The position numbers and the translations under genes were made by a program. A stretch of 64,000 nt of DNA. It comes from Camelus ferus. Its lineage: Eukaryota. This document shows, one piece after another, positions 27,500 to 40,110 of the stretch. Within the stretch, counting starts at the first letter, position 1, and every line of letters starts with the position of its first letter. The notes under the pieces are model-generated. The model had not been told where the DNA came from and ran no database searches. It saw only the letters and a list, made by a program, of their open reading frames with translations. The DNA is taken from contig NC_045697.1 in NCBI RefSeq assembly GCF_009834535.1, positions 25,050,001 through 25,114,000 on the forward strand, read 5' to 3'.

Positions 27500-27690
27500 A
27501 GACGACTTGGCCACATTTCCTCCATACTCCCTTCCTTTGAAAGGATTCTTTCTTTCCTCACTGTCCATCTCTGGACTCCACATTCCTCTTCAACACTTCT
27601 ATAAGCCCTAATAAGCCTTTTTAACTTTAACAATTTTTCTTTCTTTTATTTTCTATTCACCAAATCTCTTCCTCTATACCTCTGATTCAC
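27500..27690 (-). pseudogene. Pseudo-exon
   Basis: EKLLKLKRLIRAYRSVEEECGVQR ungapped vs ETLSWLKSRLKVLTEVSSENEAQK (overlaps ORF 27409-27633). Confidence 0.5.
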
Positions 27691-28544
27691 CCAGTTACAT
27701 AGTTTTCACATATATGCATAACTAAGCATAAATCTTCATTCATGTATGTGTACTTATTTTCCTTCGTAGAGAATTTAGAGCTCAACTGCCAAGGCTAAGA
27801 AAAGAAACTAAGAATTTAATCTAAAAAATAATTATAAATGCATTAAAAAATCAGCTAGGTAGCTAAGGCTATGTAATCAGCTAAAAGTTTGAAGTATGAG
27901 ATAAATAAATGATTGTAACTCTAAACATTAATGCTATGCAATACTTAGTGAATAAAGAGGGAGAGCAGGAGGGAGACAGAGAGATTAAGGCCCAAAGAAT
28001 TGTTGGGGGAAAGAACCATAAAAGGAAGAAGTGTTCTAGTATGCAGCTCTTCAGAGGGACTATCTAAGTTCCACAAAAGGGAAAATGTCCTGGTTGAACC
28101 AGGATATCAGGTTGTATAGATCACTACACATAATATAATGTATTAAAACCTTTCCCAGGGAGGAGTCGCTGAGTGCTGCTTCAGTTAGGGAGGTGGAAGA
28201 CTGAGAAGGCGAGGGTCACTGATGAGGAAATCCAGAGAAAACCCAAACAAAGGGTTTTGAAAGCATGACTGGGTTCAGGTGCTCAGTGAGCAGTGGGGGA
28301 AGGAAAGAGTCAGGGTCAGGTCTTGAGAAAGTATTGCAGGTTACAAGATAAAGTTATGAGACAAAACAATCCAAAAGAAAACAGTGGTGGTAGGGTGGAA
28401 AGTACTACTACGGTATTCATCAGATTTTAACTTATATGTAAAAAAAACATAAAAAGGAAACATATTTATGTAGTGGATTATAAAAGTTCTACTATTAATA
28501 GAATTGATGGTACTTTTCTGTAATAGAAGAAATTAAACTCCAAA

Positions 28545-28790
28545 TAATAATTGAGACCCTATTGTATGTCAAATGCTGTGCCAAACCATGAGATACAATG
28601 GTGACTTCAAACAAAAATACATTGTCACCAAATACTCTATCTTACAATCTCAGAAGGAGACATACTCAGACACACACATCACACATATATCACATATACT
28701 CAAACAGGGAACTTACAACTGTGACAACTGCTGAGAAAAATACAAGAGGAAGATAATATGAGAGCTTATAATAATAAGTTGCCTCGAATA
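28545..28790 (-). mobile_element. L2 3' fragment
   Basis: attgagaccctattgtatgtcaaatgctgtgcc..gatacaatggtga. Confidence 0.6.
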
Positions 28791-29479
28791 GTCCACTAAG
28801 AGTCACTACAGCAAAAATGGAAAGATTTTGTTAGTGGAAAAGCACCTACATTTGAAATTGCGGGAAAGTGGATAAGGAAAAGACACAGTGGATAAGGAAA
28901 ATGTAAGGATCAAATGTAGGTATTCTATAGAATGTGTAGTTTTTATTTTATTCATAATTTAATCTGGTTGTGCCATTCACAGCAAACTGAAAAATGCTGA
29001 TATTAGGCTTTAAAGTCACTTCCCTTAAGCTACTGATACGTTGCTCTTCAGTGCATCTCCCTGACCAAATGTTGGTGCCCTGAAGACCACATGGGACAGT
29101 TCATGGAATTAGGACATTTTTGTACTGCCACAATTGAAATATGTTTTTTTGTAGTGCTCATTTAAAGTAAGAGCTATTCTAAAAGTTGATGCATATATTT
29201 TATATGACCGTAGCACAGATAATTTGCTTTTAGTAGGTGAAGCAAATCCTGCTCCAATCAAAAGTCAAATGTGATCCTTCTAAAAGCATTTTCAGTGATC
29301 ATCTTCCCCCAAGGTGGTCAATGGTCAGTTGCAGATTAATTCAATTTTAGATTTCTCAGTGAGTACTCAAAGGTGCACTCAAAAGTGCACTTTGCCAAAG
29401 CACACTCAAAACACAGTTACTGTGCACAGATTGCTTATAGCTCAACATGATTGGCATTCTTAACAAAGAAGGGTAGGGT

Positions 29480-29660
29480 AAAGGAACAGTATGCAGTCAT
29501 GTTCAATTACGTCGTATTTAAATCATCACAAAACTGCTATGGTGTGAATTACTTAATCGTCATTTTACAGATTTGGAATCTTAATCTGGGAAAATTTAAA
29601 TATTTTAATAGATATCTAACTAAACAACACTCCAACAGCTAAATAATGAACATATCTTAA
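29480..29660 (-). mobile_element. MIR
   Basis: tttaaatcatcacaaaactgctatg..cattttacagat. Confidence 0.55.
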
Positions 29661-30127
29661 GCTCAAATGCCACAGACATTCATTTATAGAATAAGCAAGA
29701 AATGCATATGATAACAATTTAATAAAAAATCTAGGTATGACCTCTGAGTATCATTAGGTGTTTGATGCTGTTACTTCAGGAAACTGCACATAATTGAGTA
29801 AACCTTTTCAAACAGAGGGACAAAATATTTTTACAAATATGAAGACATTTAAGGATTTTCCTCTTTGTTTTACTTTTTTAACACCTTTTTTTTTGCATAT
29901 TTTTATATTGCATCAAGTAGTCTATGGACTAAAACAGGAAAAATAAAATATTCCTATAGAATCACTAAAATCAATAGTTTAAATTCCCTAGTCTATTTTA
30001 AATGAATCTACACTTGAAAACTACTTTTTTATCTGATGGTTAAATTCATTAATTCAGTGATGAGTATAGAAGCAGTATCTATAGGTCAGAGAAGACCCCT
30101 GATCTCAATAAGCTTACTCATAGATAG

Positions 30128-30205
30128 AAAAGGTTTATATATATATATAAACCTTTTTATATATATATTTATATATATATAAAATATATATATATATATA
30201 TATAA
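30128..30205. repeat. (TA)n tract beginning with a perfect 30-bp palindrome
   Basis: AAAAGGTTT(AT)6AAACCTTTT at 30128-30157. Confidence 0.9.
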
Positions 30206-30469
30206 AATGATTGGAGTACTTCAGATGAAAGTAGCACTAAAAGCGCCCTGAATCAAGATGAATGGGAAACTATTCCAATAAACATATTTTGGATTAAAAA
30301 AAAATGATGGAAGTAACACTTTGAACTACTCCCTAGTTTTCATAATACAATTCTGGTAGCCAACAACGAATGGATATTTTTAGAAATGTAGAGAAAGTTC
30401 TTGAAATTTATTTTTTCACAGAAGTCAAAATAATTTTAGCTTAAGACACTAGGATGTGTGAACTAGCAC

Positions 30470-30694
30470 TCAATCCAACTCCATATTATTTCTTTCTCCA
30501 GAGTATTCCCTTCCCCTCTAAACAGTGTTCTCTTTAGGCTGATTAATAGTAATAGCTGTTTGCTCATAGTTGATCTCAATCCAGAATTCCTCCTGAGGTG
30601 TATCTGCAAGTACATTTGCCTTTATCATGTTTTGGCAGAATGTGTTAATACTTGATCTTCTTCCATGACAATGACTCCTGGGTAAATAATAATC
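30470..30694 (-). pseudogene. Pseudo-exon
   Basis: ttccttag|; INTFCQNMIKANVLADTP ungapped vs IEELCVKLPVRDPVRDTP; REYSG..[fs]SWIE vs KDYTS..SSWIS. Confidence 0.65.
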
Positions 30695-30964
30695 CTAAGG
30701 AACAGGAAAAACCTCTATGCAACAAAGCATAGCTCTGCACTGACGAGGGGCCTTTATTTCAGCCTGTGAGTTGATACACCAGTCTAAATAGTGTAAGTGA
30801 CCACATGATCATTACTTGGTAAGAATTAGCAAAGAAATATGGAATTCTAAGCATTATTTAGGTTTTCAGAATAATAAGACATTATTACAGATGGACTCAA
30901 AGAAAATAAGCAGTTAAGTCCTGTTTCTTCTACAGGTAAATGTCCATTTCTTTTTTTTTTTTTT

Positions 30965-31150
30965 TACTAGATTAGTTAACAAAAGTATATCCTCAACTAT
31001 TAAGTAAATTAAGTTTTTCAGAGAATGTAAGTCATGTTGAAATATTTCAATCTTGATAATGAGCATATTTAATTTAATAACAGTACAAATATTTAAAAAT
31101 TTCCACTTTCAATAAATATTACTAGTAGATTTTCTGCTTTTAATCATTCA
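30965..31150 (-). pseudogene. Pseudo-exon
   Basis: Stop-free run KWKFLNICTVIKLNMLIIKIEI.. vs QWKDLQGEAPYHLLHLKIDV. Confidence 0.5.
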
Positions 31151-31379
31151 ATTTTCATGTTTTCATTTTCTTTATACTTTATCACATATGTTGAATCTTA
31201 ATAGAAATAAAGTGCACCAACAAGCAATCAGCACCCATGTGTCTGGCACTCTGCATGTTACATTTTATTTTTTCAATAATACACTGATTACAAAAAATTG
31301 AAACCAATGAGAAAATTTAAAAAGTACTACCTGGCTAATTTCTTTAACAGGTAAAACATAGAGTAACATACATGATACA

Positions 31380-31728
31380 CCATGTATTTGGCCAAGCGCA
31401 TGTACTGAAAGTCATTTCATTTCCACAGGTGGAACATTTTGAGGAAATGCCTCTGTTTTACTCTCTGGTCACATATCAAGAAATCTCCACTTGCTATTTA
31501 ACTGAGGAGTCAGATCTCTGTGGAGATGTACAGAAGTATTGTTATGTTAACTATGTTGTTTTCATAGAAATTTTATTCTCAGATTAACTTTTATATTTCC
31601 CGTCAATCTAGTTTAGGAGAAGTGAACTATTCCCTTCTTAAATATTCCCTAAACTTTATTTTTTCCTTAAATTGAGCTGTTCCAGATTATACATGGATTC
31701 AAAGAGAACTAATTAAGTTCTATTTCTT
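31380..31728 (-). pseudogene. Pseudo-exon(s)
   Basis: EGNSSLL vs ETNSRLM; DQRVK[fs]EAF[fs]LK..TC.NEMT vs DQRVLNAFLKACDELT. Confidence 0.65.
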
Positions 31729-32469
31729 CTACAGGCAAATACATGTCTTTATGTACACACACACACACACACGTATTTTTTTTTTTTACTAGATTCTTTC
31801 ACAAAATTATACCCTCATCCACTAAGTAAATTGGGTTTTTCAGCGAATGCAAATCACGCTGAAAAGTTCCTGTTCTTGAGAATGAACATGTTTAACTTAA
31901 TGCCTATATTAAAAACATTTAAATACAAATATTAAGTTAAAAATTAAGATTTTCATAGGTTGATTCAGATTGTACACAGCTAAGATATATTTTATTACCT
32001 AGTGGGTCATATTTATTTCATCAATGACCCAATGCTCTATAAAACTCTCCTTAAAAATTCCAACAAGTTTGTCCATTCTCTCAGTTCTAAATTTTATAAT
32101 TAAACAAGGTATATCATTTCATATTTTATACCATGTTTTAATCACCTTTTCTTTTAGTTTTATTCCTCACCCCAAAAAACAAATCTTTGCTGCTGAAAAT
32201 TAATCCTCTAAGCTTCTTGTTGGCAAAGACAAGAGAAAGGCTTTAGATAATCTATAGAGTATTTTAAGCTCTCTCCCATGGGAAAGCAAATACTGTAATT
32301 TTTTTACATACAGGTTTTCTCTGAACTGTGAACAGATTTTTTTTTTCAGAACTGTTTGTATTATAGTCATTTAAAACTAAAAACGATTTTTTAACAGGAA
32401 CAAAGGCATGTCAGTAAATGTTATAAAGGATCCTAGACAAATTGCTTATAACACACTACAGAATACACT

Positions 32470-32570
32470 AAAATTATAGACTCTTTCTTTTTCATTCCTT
32501 CTGGATCCTTTCTCCTCAGACATCAATGTTCTCTTGCAAATAACTTTAAATTGGATATTAATAAACCTTT
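32470..32570 (-). pseudogene. Pseudo-exon
   Basis: GLL..CKRTLMSEEKGSRRNEK ungapped vs ELL..CKKTLTLIEKGSQSVQK. Confidence 0.75.
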
Positions 32571-32984
32571 TTTGACATAGCCTCTATTAAAGATTATCTT
32601 AAACTTCCTTTTCACTCAGCAACAGTCTTTCAGCAAAATGCCACTAGGTGGTAAGTGAAAATTAATTCTATAGTACCAATGCATGCTGATGTTATAATTA
32701 ATGCTACTATTACACTAGTTACATATTGTTACACTAATGTTACTATTATTGGAAGTATGAGACATACATTTCTGATTTTTTTATGAAAAAGAATATTTGA
32801 TAAAATTAGTCTGCAAAGCATAAAAATTGAACCCAGTTTAACAAAGTTAAATCAAGTTAATCAATAAATGCTAGAATAAATTTTTGAGGTGGGCAGGAGG
32901 CTATGAATTTTGATATAGCCATTATTGGGAGTCTATCAAAGGATAGCTACTTTAAAGGTTTTATTGTTGTCGTTGTTTTGAGAG

Positions 32985-33099
32985 TGGCTCAACTTTGCTC
33001 TTTCCTTCCTTCCTTTCTGAATGCAGTTTCTGAGAAGTTCGAAGCCTTTTCAGCTCTCTCTTAGGAAGCATAAAGCAATGGCCTACAGGTAGAGTGATA
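32985..33099 (-). pseudogene. Pseudo-exon
   Basis: TCRPLLYAS*E[fs]ELKRLRTS vs CYSPLLYESQQ..ELEKQMTS. Confidence 0.7.
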
Positions 33100-33619
33100 T
33101 AGATAAAGCAGAGCTTAGGGTGATCTTATATAGTTTATATAGAGGATAGATGTTTGTATATCAAGAACTGCTTATAAATTACCCTTTAATCTCTTTATTA
33201 AAACAATTATATCTGTAAGTCATTAATTAACTATAAGCAATGGCACATTATTGAAGTATAATCATAGTAAATTTTTGACTTTCACTTAATTAAATTGAGA
33301 ATATCAAAGCAGCAATGCTATATTATATATGATAAACATGTATTTTGTGTTTTAACTCAGTATTAAAATGTTATGCTAAAAATATCTTATACAACTATTT
33401 TTATTTGTTTTCTATTTTCCCCATTGTGATATATATTTATATAGATTAAATTTGTATGATACATATAGGCTAAATGTATGTTTTATATTTTTTGTACATT
33501 ATATATTATATAATATACATTATATGTCAAATGGCATTTTATATGTTATATAAATATATACATACATAAAACATGAAATATGTTATATCACATATATTAT
33601 AAGTCATTGCTAAATCTTG

Positions 33620-33850
33620 TATTCCCTACAATATGTGCTTGTGCTGTTGTGCACACTTCACAATTTTTATTTTAACCTTCACAGCAACTTTAAAGGACAG
33701 GGAGCTACCATTATTTTCGCACATTTAATAGGTAGCACTGAGGGACAGAGAGGTTGCATGCATTGGTCAAGATCTCCTAGAATACTAGAGGGAAGCTGAG
33801 CATAAAACTAGGCCACCTGCTTCTGCGACTACGCCCTAATCACTGTTCCA
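33620..33850 (-). mobile_element. MIR
   Basis: tttaaccttcacagcaac..actgagggacagagaggtt..tggtcaagatc. Confidence 0.75.
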
Positions 33851-34769
33851 TAGAAGAGAATATATGCCATTGTAATAGCACAGGCATAATTAGTCTGACT
33901 ACAAGCAACATTTTAAAAGTATGTATAAGATTATTTATTAAATATTTAATCTGTCAGAAAAATATTTTATGCAAAATTTGATGCTATCTCAGGTAAGGAA
34001 GCTTAGAACATTAAAAAGGTGGCACTTATAAACACAAGCACTGTGTTTCTAGCAAAGGCTTACACATGATATCCAGACTTTCCCTTTCCTGCCACTTAAA
34101 AGCAAGATGTTCTTTATCACTCGACAGCATAATCCAAATGTAGTTAAATGAATTAATTTTTGTTGTCTAATAAGAAATCCTGACATTGATTTCTTTCTGA
34201 CCTCTACATAATTTTGCAAGAAGTAAATTTTTAGTAAGTATGAGAATGATATTGGAAATTGAGATTTTTCAATGTAACTAATTTTAAATCACTGCTAAAC
34301 CCATGTGTTGATTACTTTAGTCTGTGCAAAGAGTCATTAGCAATCCTGAGACTAAACACGAAACTGCCGTGTTCAGTATTAACATAGTCCTGTTGATTTG
34401 CTAAAGGATAAACTGAACATGCCATGGTTAAGGTACTTTTATTAGAAAATACTTTGATATTGATTTGCTTGCTTGATTTCAATAAGCATTTTATTTTTCT
34501 TATTGCAAAGTTAACCTTAGCATGTACTTTCAAAATCATTTATATATAATAAAATTCTAATAATCCAGAATGATTAAGTCCTATTACAAACCACGAAAAA
34601 TGCTATACTAATGTTCACATGGTATAATGTCATTAGCACCCTTCCTTTTCTGAAACTTATCATACAGTCATAACTGTTTCAGAGTCATAGTTTCTCAAAA
34701 TGGCACTTAATATGTAACAAAACCTTAGACATCCTCGCTACTCATTTGGTATCCACTAATTTTTAATGA

Positions 34770-35136
34770 AAGTTGCTCTTATATATCCTGATTATCTGGG
34801 TGACAGTGATCAGTGGCCAGACTAAAAATGTCACATTACAAATACACAGATGGCAAAGATTTTCTCACAAATAAATTTCAAAGCTGATGAGCTGTCTTCC
34901 CTAATAAAGAAATGGAAACAATTTCTGTTCCCATGATGTTTTCTTTCCATGATGGTTGCACAACAATTAAAAAAAGAAGCTTTTAATTTCAGAAGTTACT
35001 TTTGCATTATCCCCAAGCTTTAGGGAAAACCAGCACGTGTGCAGCAGTTCACGTAAGGACCGGCACACAGGCGCACACTGTGCTGTTGTTGACCTTGTGA
35101 TCTTGATGCTACTGCTGCTGTTACTAGCATTCCTAT
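34770..35136 (-). pseudogene. Pseudo-exon(s)
   Basis: (W)NA[fs]VTAAVASRSQ..SLRELL..AKVTSEIKSF..LLGKTAHQL..I*EQL vs WRELFMEVKQYAQ..LEVSFMNVKLL..IITKTAHLI..LKEQL. Confidence 0.65.
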
Positions 35137-35263
35137 TTGCAAAAGGCAAAGAAATAATTACTAGAAATGTCAAGATCAAGTATCTATTGCTAATTACTTG
35201 AAAGCATATAGATTTTTAATTTTAATTTGCATTAGCTAGGTAGGAAGACATTAAATTACTCAC

Positions 35264-35361
35264 CTTTGCTGAAGATTTTTAAAACTTCCTGTACTTCTCT
35301 GCTTCCTTTACATCACAAGTTTCAAATATAGAGTATATTTATTTTATTGTGTAATTTAAAA
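35264..35361 (-). pseudogene. Pseudo-exon
   Basis: ttgtag| ... CAAAG|gtgagt; IFETCDVKEAE[fs]VQEVL[fs]NLQQR| vs FLIETCDEMVSRDLKQQLLLLNGR|W. Confidence 0.7.
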
Positions 35362-36039
35362 CTACAAAGTGTCAGAAAAATATGCAGAATATATAGTGTC
35401 AATACTCAATTCAATTTCCAAGAGAAAATCTCCAAGTATTCTACTAATAAAAGATCAGTTATGGTAAAACTTAGCTTCAAATCACTTACATGATAAAATT
35501 CAGATATTCTACTTATTTTCAAGATCATTTCTTCAGACATTTTATGGTTCCCAAATTTAGCTACAATCTGTGTGTATATATGCAAGTGGTGTAAGTGTGC
35601 TTTCTTGATATCATATAACATAAAGGACATTTCATTTAACTCCATTACAATACTCTTAATTTTAATGTCTTTCCAATGATTCTATTTTTATCCAAATTCT
35701 GGAGTTACAAGTATCATCATACAGAACATTTGAAATATTTTCATATTTTGCCTACTGTTGCTAACTAAATGTTCCACTGTATAAAAACCTTACGAATTAT
35801 TACTGAGAATTTTAAAAATATATTGTTATAAGGTAACACATTATTTGGATTCTAGAATACAACCTGACCCACCAAAATACTATAATCAAGCATCAATTTG
35901 TATCTCAGTCTGACAAGATGTGTTACAAAATGCCTCATCACAGTTTATGAACATTCTGACCATCTGGTTTGCCCTTTGCTATCAAAAGTCACCAATAAAC
36001 AAACAAACAAGGAAGCAATCAAGACACAGATGCTGGGTT

Positions 36040-36910
36040 ATCATACATTCATTCACTGAGATATTTACTGGATACCAGAATCACTGTTTTGGGCACTTGA
36101 AAGGCATCATTGAACAAAATAGATTGGGAAAGAAAAAAGAATTTTGCCCTGCAGAGTTTACATAAGCAGCATAATAATAAATTGTATAGCAAACTAGAAG
36201 GTCATAAGCACTATTGAAGGAAAATAATAGAGCAGGATAAGTTGAATCATACACACCAATCTATGAGGAGGGGATAAGGACAGGTCACAATTTAACACAG
36301 AATGGTAAAAATGAGGCCTCTTTGAGAAGATGACAGTTATGCAAAGACTTGAAAGAAGAAAGAGCTAGCTATGTGGATTTCTGGAGAAAGTTCTCTCCAG
36401 GTGGAGGGAACATTCAGTGCAAGGGCTTTATGGCTGGGACACACCTGGGATAGTTGAGGAACATCAAGGAAATTATGTAGGTGAATCAGTGATTAAGAGA
36501 GGGAATAGCAGGAAATGAATTCTGAGAGGAAACAGGTTCCAACTGTGGTCAAATGCTGTGTACCACTGTGAGGGTCTTGGCTTTCACTCTGAATGAAATC
36601 GGGAGACGCTGGAGGATTTTAAGCAGAAGAAAGACTTGATCTGTCTTTGAAGGATCACACTGGCTGATGTATTGACACGGTTTTTAGGAGAATGAGAAAA
36701 GAAGCAGCTTACTACTTTAAAAGTTTACCCAGGATGGTAACTTTACAGTAGCAATAGAAATTGTAAAGTGGCAGGATTTTGGATACAATTGGATGACTTG
36801 GAAATAGGATGTGAGAGAAAAAGAAAGTAAAGGGAGACAGCTTTTTGGTCTGATTAAATAGGAGGATGAAATAAATATTCACTAATTGAGATGGTGGAGA
36901 ATGAACCATC
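36040..36910 (-). mobile_element. L2 fragment
   Basis: cattcattcactgagatatttactg..gcaaagacttgaaag..ggaggattttaagcaga..aaggatcacactggctg. Confidence 0.85.
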
Positions 36911-36928
36911 AAGATTTCTGCACCGTTT

Positions 36929-36954
36929 GTGCTCGCTTTGGCAGCACCTACACT
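36929..36954 (+). pseudogene. U6 snRNA 5'-end tailless retropseudogene
   Basis: GTGCTCGCTTTGGCAGCACCTACACT matches U6 nt 1-26 with 3 changes; 17-bp TSD at 36911-36927 / 36955-36971. Confidence 0.9.
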
Positions 36955-37939
36955 GAGATTTCTGCACCATTCCAGATTATCAGCTTTTAATTACGTCAAG
37001 TAATGTGAATAATAAATAATGCTGACTTTTGTTTGAGATCTGCCAATGCTCATTTTGTGGATGCTGGACATTATGTTTTGTCAGGGCTTTGAAGATGTGC
37101 TATTCCCGTGACCCAAATGAGCAATTAACTAATGGGTTGGTAAGATTTCCGTATGATTTTTGTTTAGGTTCTGGATCCACAAGGATGTTGCTGATCACAG
37201 GCTCAAGTAGTCTCATTGGTACTGTCTGTTTAAAATGCTTATATTACACCTTCAAGCTAGGCAGGAAAAATAAAACTTTCATCTGAGTGCTAGTCAGTGT
37301 GCTCAAGACTTCCATAGGAAGATACTGAATGTGTGCTTCAAATTTAAATTTTGGTAAACAAGTATTTTTTTGAAGCACATCATCACTCTTGTCAAGACAT
37401 ACGTGTCTTATTTACTAATATGTAATGAAAAGTGCTTGAGACCAAAACTATTTCTAGAGATTTTGTTTTGCTACTTGAAATAATCTTTTGGTAAATTTTA
37501 TTTATCTCAGTGCTGTGAATGACAACTCACACACAATATAATGTCAAGTAGTTAAACACAGAGCAAAGGGAGTGGCAGAAAGTAGAATAAACTATAAAAA
37601 TAATATTCCTACATAATCTGAACTATTGTCTATTACAAATTATAGAGATAAATATATGTCTTTAAAAATCTATAGAAACTTAAATGAGAGGGGTATTCAG
37701 TCAGATGTAATTTAAAGACAATTGTTAATATCCATGCAATGTTGATGCCTAGAAGCCTACTGATTTCCTGTGTAAAGGATAAAAGCTCTTTTAAAATGTC
37801 AAAAAAAAAACCCTTAGAATATTTGCTTATATTCTTTTTCCTCACTCCTTACATGAAGCTATAAATTTTGTGAGAGAATTTTCACTATGGAGAGATTTTA
37901 GTAAAATTTGTAAAAAGAAAAAAAATATATTTGTGTGTG

Positions 37940-37971
<32 letters not shown>

Positions 37972-38654
37972 TATATACATATTATGCTCCTCAATGAAGC
38001 TCACCCAGCTTTATTTTATACTTTCTCTATCTGTCTGGCTCAATTCTGGACACTAGTATGTCTAAAGCAAGTGATACTGTTTGCCCAACAGAAATCTATA
38101 GTCAGCAACCTCATTTCTATTTTTGCCTTCCATAACTGGGCCAGAGAGTTTTGCTTAAGATAAAAAACTACTCTAATTCACCTATTTTTTAATCTGTATA
38201 GGGTTCCCCAAAAGGACATGTAAAAATATTATCCAAACATATTGGGAAGATTAAGGAAGAATAAAATATTTCTTTAGAAGGGTGCCTAAATCAATTAGAG
38301 GAAAGCTAATAACTAGATAAAAAAGCTTCTCTTTAAAATTTCTAGAACTACCCATCTGAAAATAGCTATCTTTGTAATATGTTCTACTGTGGCTTCTAGC
38401 AAGAAAAACTTCTTCACCTATTGATACAGTTTCATATATATTTAATATTAAGAGACTGTTCTAGATCCACATATTTCGTAGTATTTTAATTTAGACTGGC
38501 TTCATCACTTTTTAAAATTATGATTCCCCTACTGCATGTGCAACATGCAAGTTATTATCAAGTATGAATCAGGTTTTTTAAAATGCATATTTTCTTTTTT
38601 TTTAATTCATTGAATGATTAGTGTTTTTTTTTTAAATAAATGAAGTAAACAATC

Positions 38655-39095
38655 TAGACAGAGGCTAAATACTGCATGATTCCAATTATGTGACATTCTG
38701 GAAAAGGCAAAACTATGGAGACAGCAAAAAGATCAGTGACTGTCAGAGGTTGGGGGGAGGGTGAGATGAACAGGTGTAGCAAAGAGGATTTTCAGGGCAG
38801 TGAAACTACTCTGCATGATGATATAATGGTGGACACACGTTGCTACATATTTGTTTAAGCCCTTAGAATGTACAACACCAATAAAGGAACCCTAAGGTAA
38901 ACGATGAACTTTGGGTTATAAAGATATGTCAACATCAATTCATCAACTGTAATAAAAACACCACTCTGATAAAGATTTTAATAAGGAGGCTATACATACA
39001 TAGTAGCAGGGGATATATGGGAAATCTATGTATCTTCCACTCAATTTTACTGTGAGCCTAAAATGACTGAAAAATAATGTCTGTTGAAAACAAAA
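38655..39095 (+). mobile_element. L1MC 3' end
   Basis: atgattccaattatgtgacattctggaaaaggcaaaactatggagacag..ggatatatgggaaatct. Confidence 0.9.
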
Positions 39096-39199
39096 ACAAG
39101 TCTAGGCTAATGAGTCATAAGGAAAAGAAGAGATAAAAATGTTCTACTAACAACGACTCATAAATTTTAACAACTTTTTTAGACCATAATATAGTCTAA

Positions 39200-39570
39200 T
39201 TAGCACAGTGACATATACAGGCCTTTATTCTTCTCTGGGAGCAGAGTGGTGAATGGATTGGAGGTGTTGAGAAAGAGAAAATAAAGGAAGATCAGTTTTA
39301 AGAGGCTACTATACTAGACAGAAATAAATAAAAGCTGAAGACACTGGAAATTAGGTTAACAGACAGACTTGTGAGATCATCAGGAGGAAGAGCACTTTGA
39401 ATTTAGTGAGGAAAGGGGCGAGGCAGAAGGGACCGAGTAGAGTCAAAGATGGCAGCTAAGATTCAGGCATTTGCACCAGTGTTAATGCTGGTGGCATCTG
39501 CCCAGCTAAGGGAATGTTGTAAAACAAGGAAGCTCTGAGGAGAGAAGGGGAGAGTTCATCAGTTCACTTT
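39200..39570 (-). mobile_element. L2 fragment
   Basis: gatcagttttaagaggctact..gagtcaaagatggcagctaagatt. Confidence 0.55.
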
Positions 39571-39894
39571 TTATGTTTTATCATTAATCATTAGGAATCC
39601 ACACACAGGGTACAAACAAATGAAAAAAAAATCAAGAATATCTGAAATTGAAAGTTAAAAGGAAGGTCTTCAACAAGAGCTTTGTTCTAGGGGAAGAAGC
39701 TCTGAACCAGGTATCTAGGTGAATCAGTGGCATCTAATGACCTTATGCAAGATATTTAATTTCATCAAACATTACTTTTCTTACCCTGAAAACATACATG
39801 GTTGGTTATGCAATTTAAAATTCTTTTTGCTACTATCAAGCTAAGATTGAATAACTTCATCCACTTCAGTTTCTTAATTTCTATAATGAAAAAT

Positions 39895-40110
39895 TGGAGA
39901 TGTAATATAGACTGTATTGTATATTTGAAAGTTACTGAAAAGAGTAGATCTTAAAAGTTTACATCACAAGAAAAAAATGTAACTTGGTGATGGATGTTAA
40001 CTAGACGTATTGTGGTAATCATTCTGCAATATACACATATATAGAATTATTATGCTGTACATCTGAAATCAATATAATGTTATGTGTCAATTATATCTCA
40101 ACAAAAAAAA
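39895..40110 (+). mobile_element. L1MA9-like 3' end
   Basis: gagtagatcttaaaagtt..ggtgatggatgttaactaga..gtcaattatatctcaa followed by an A tail. Confidence 0.85.
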
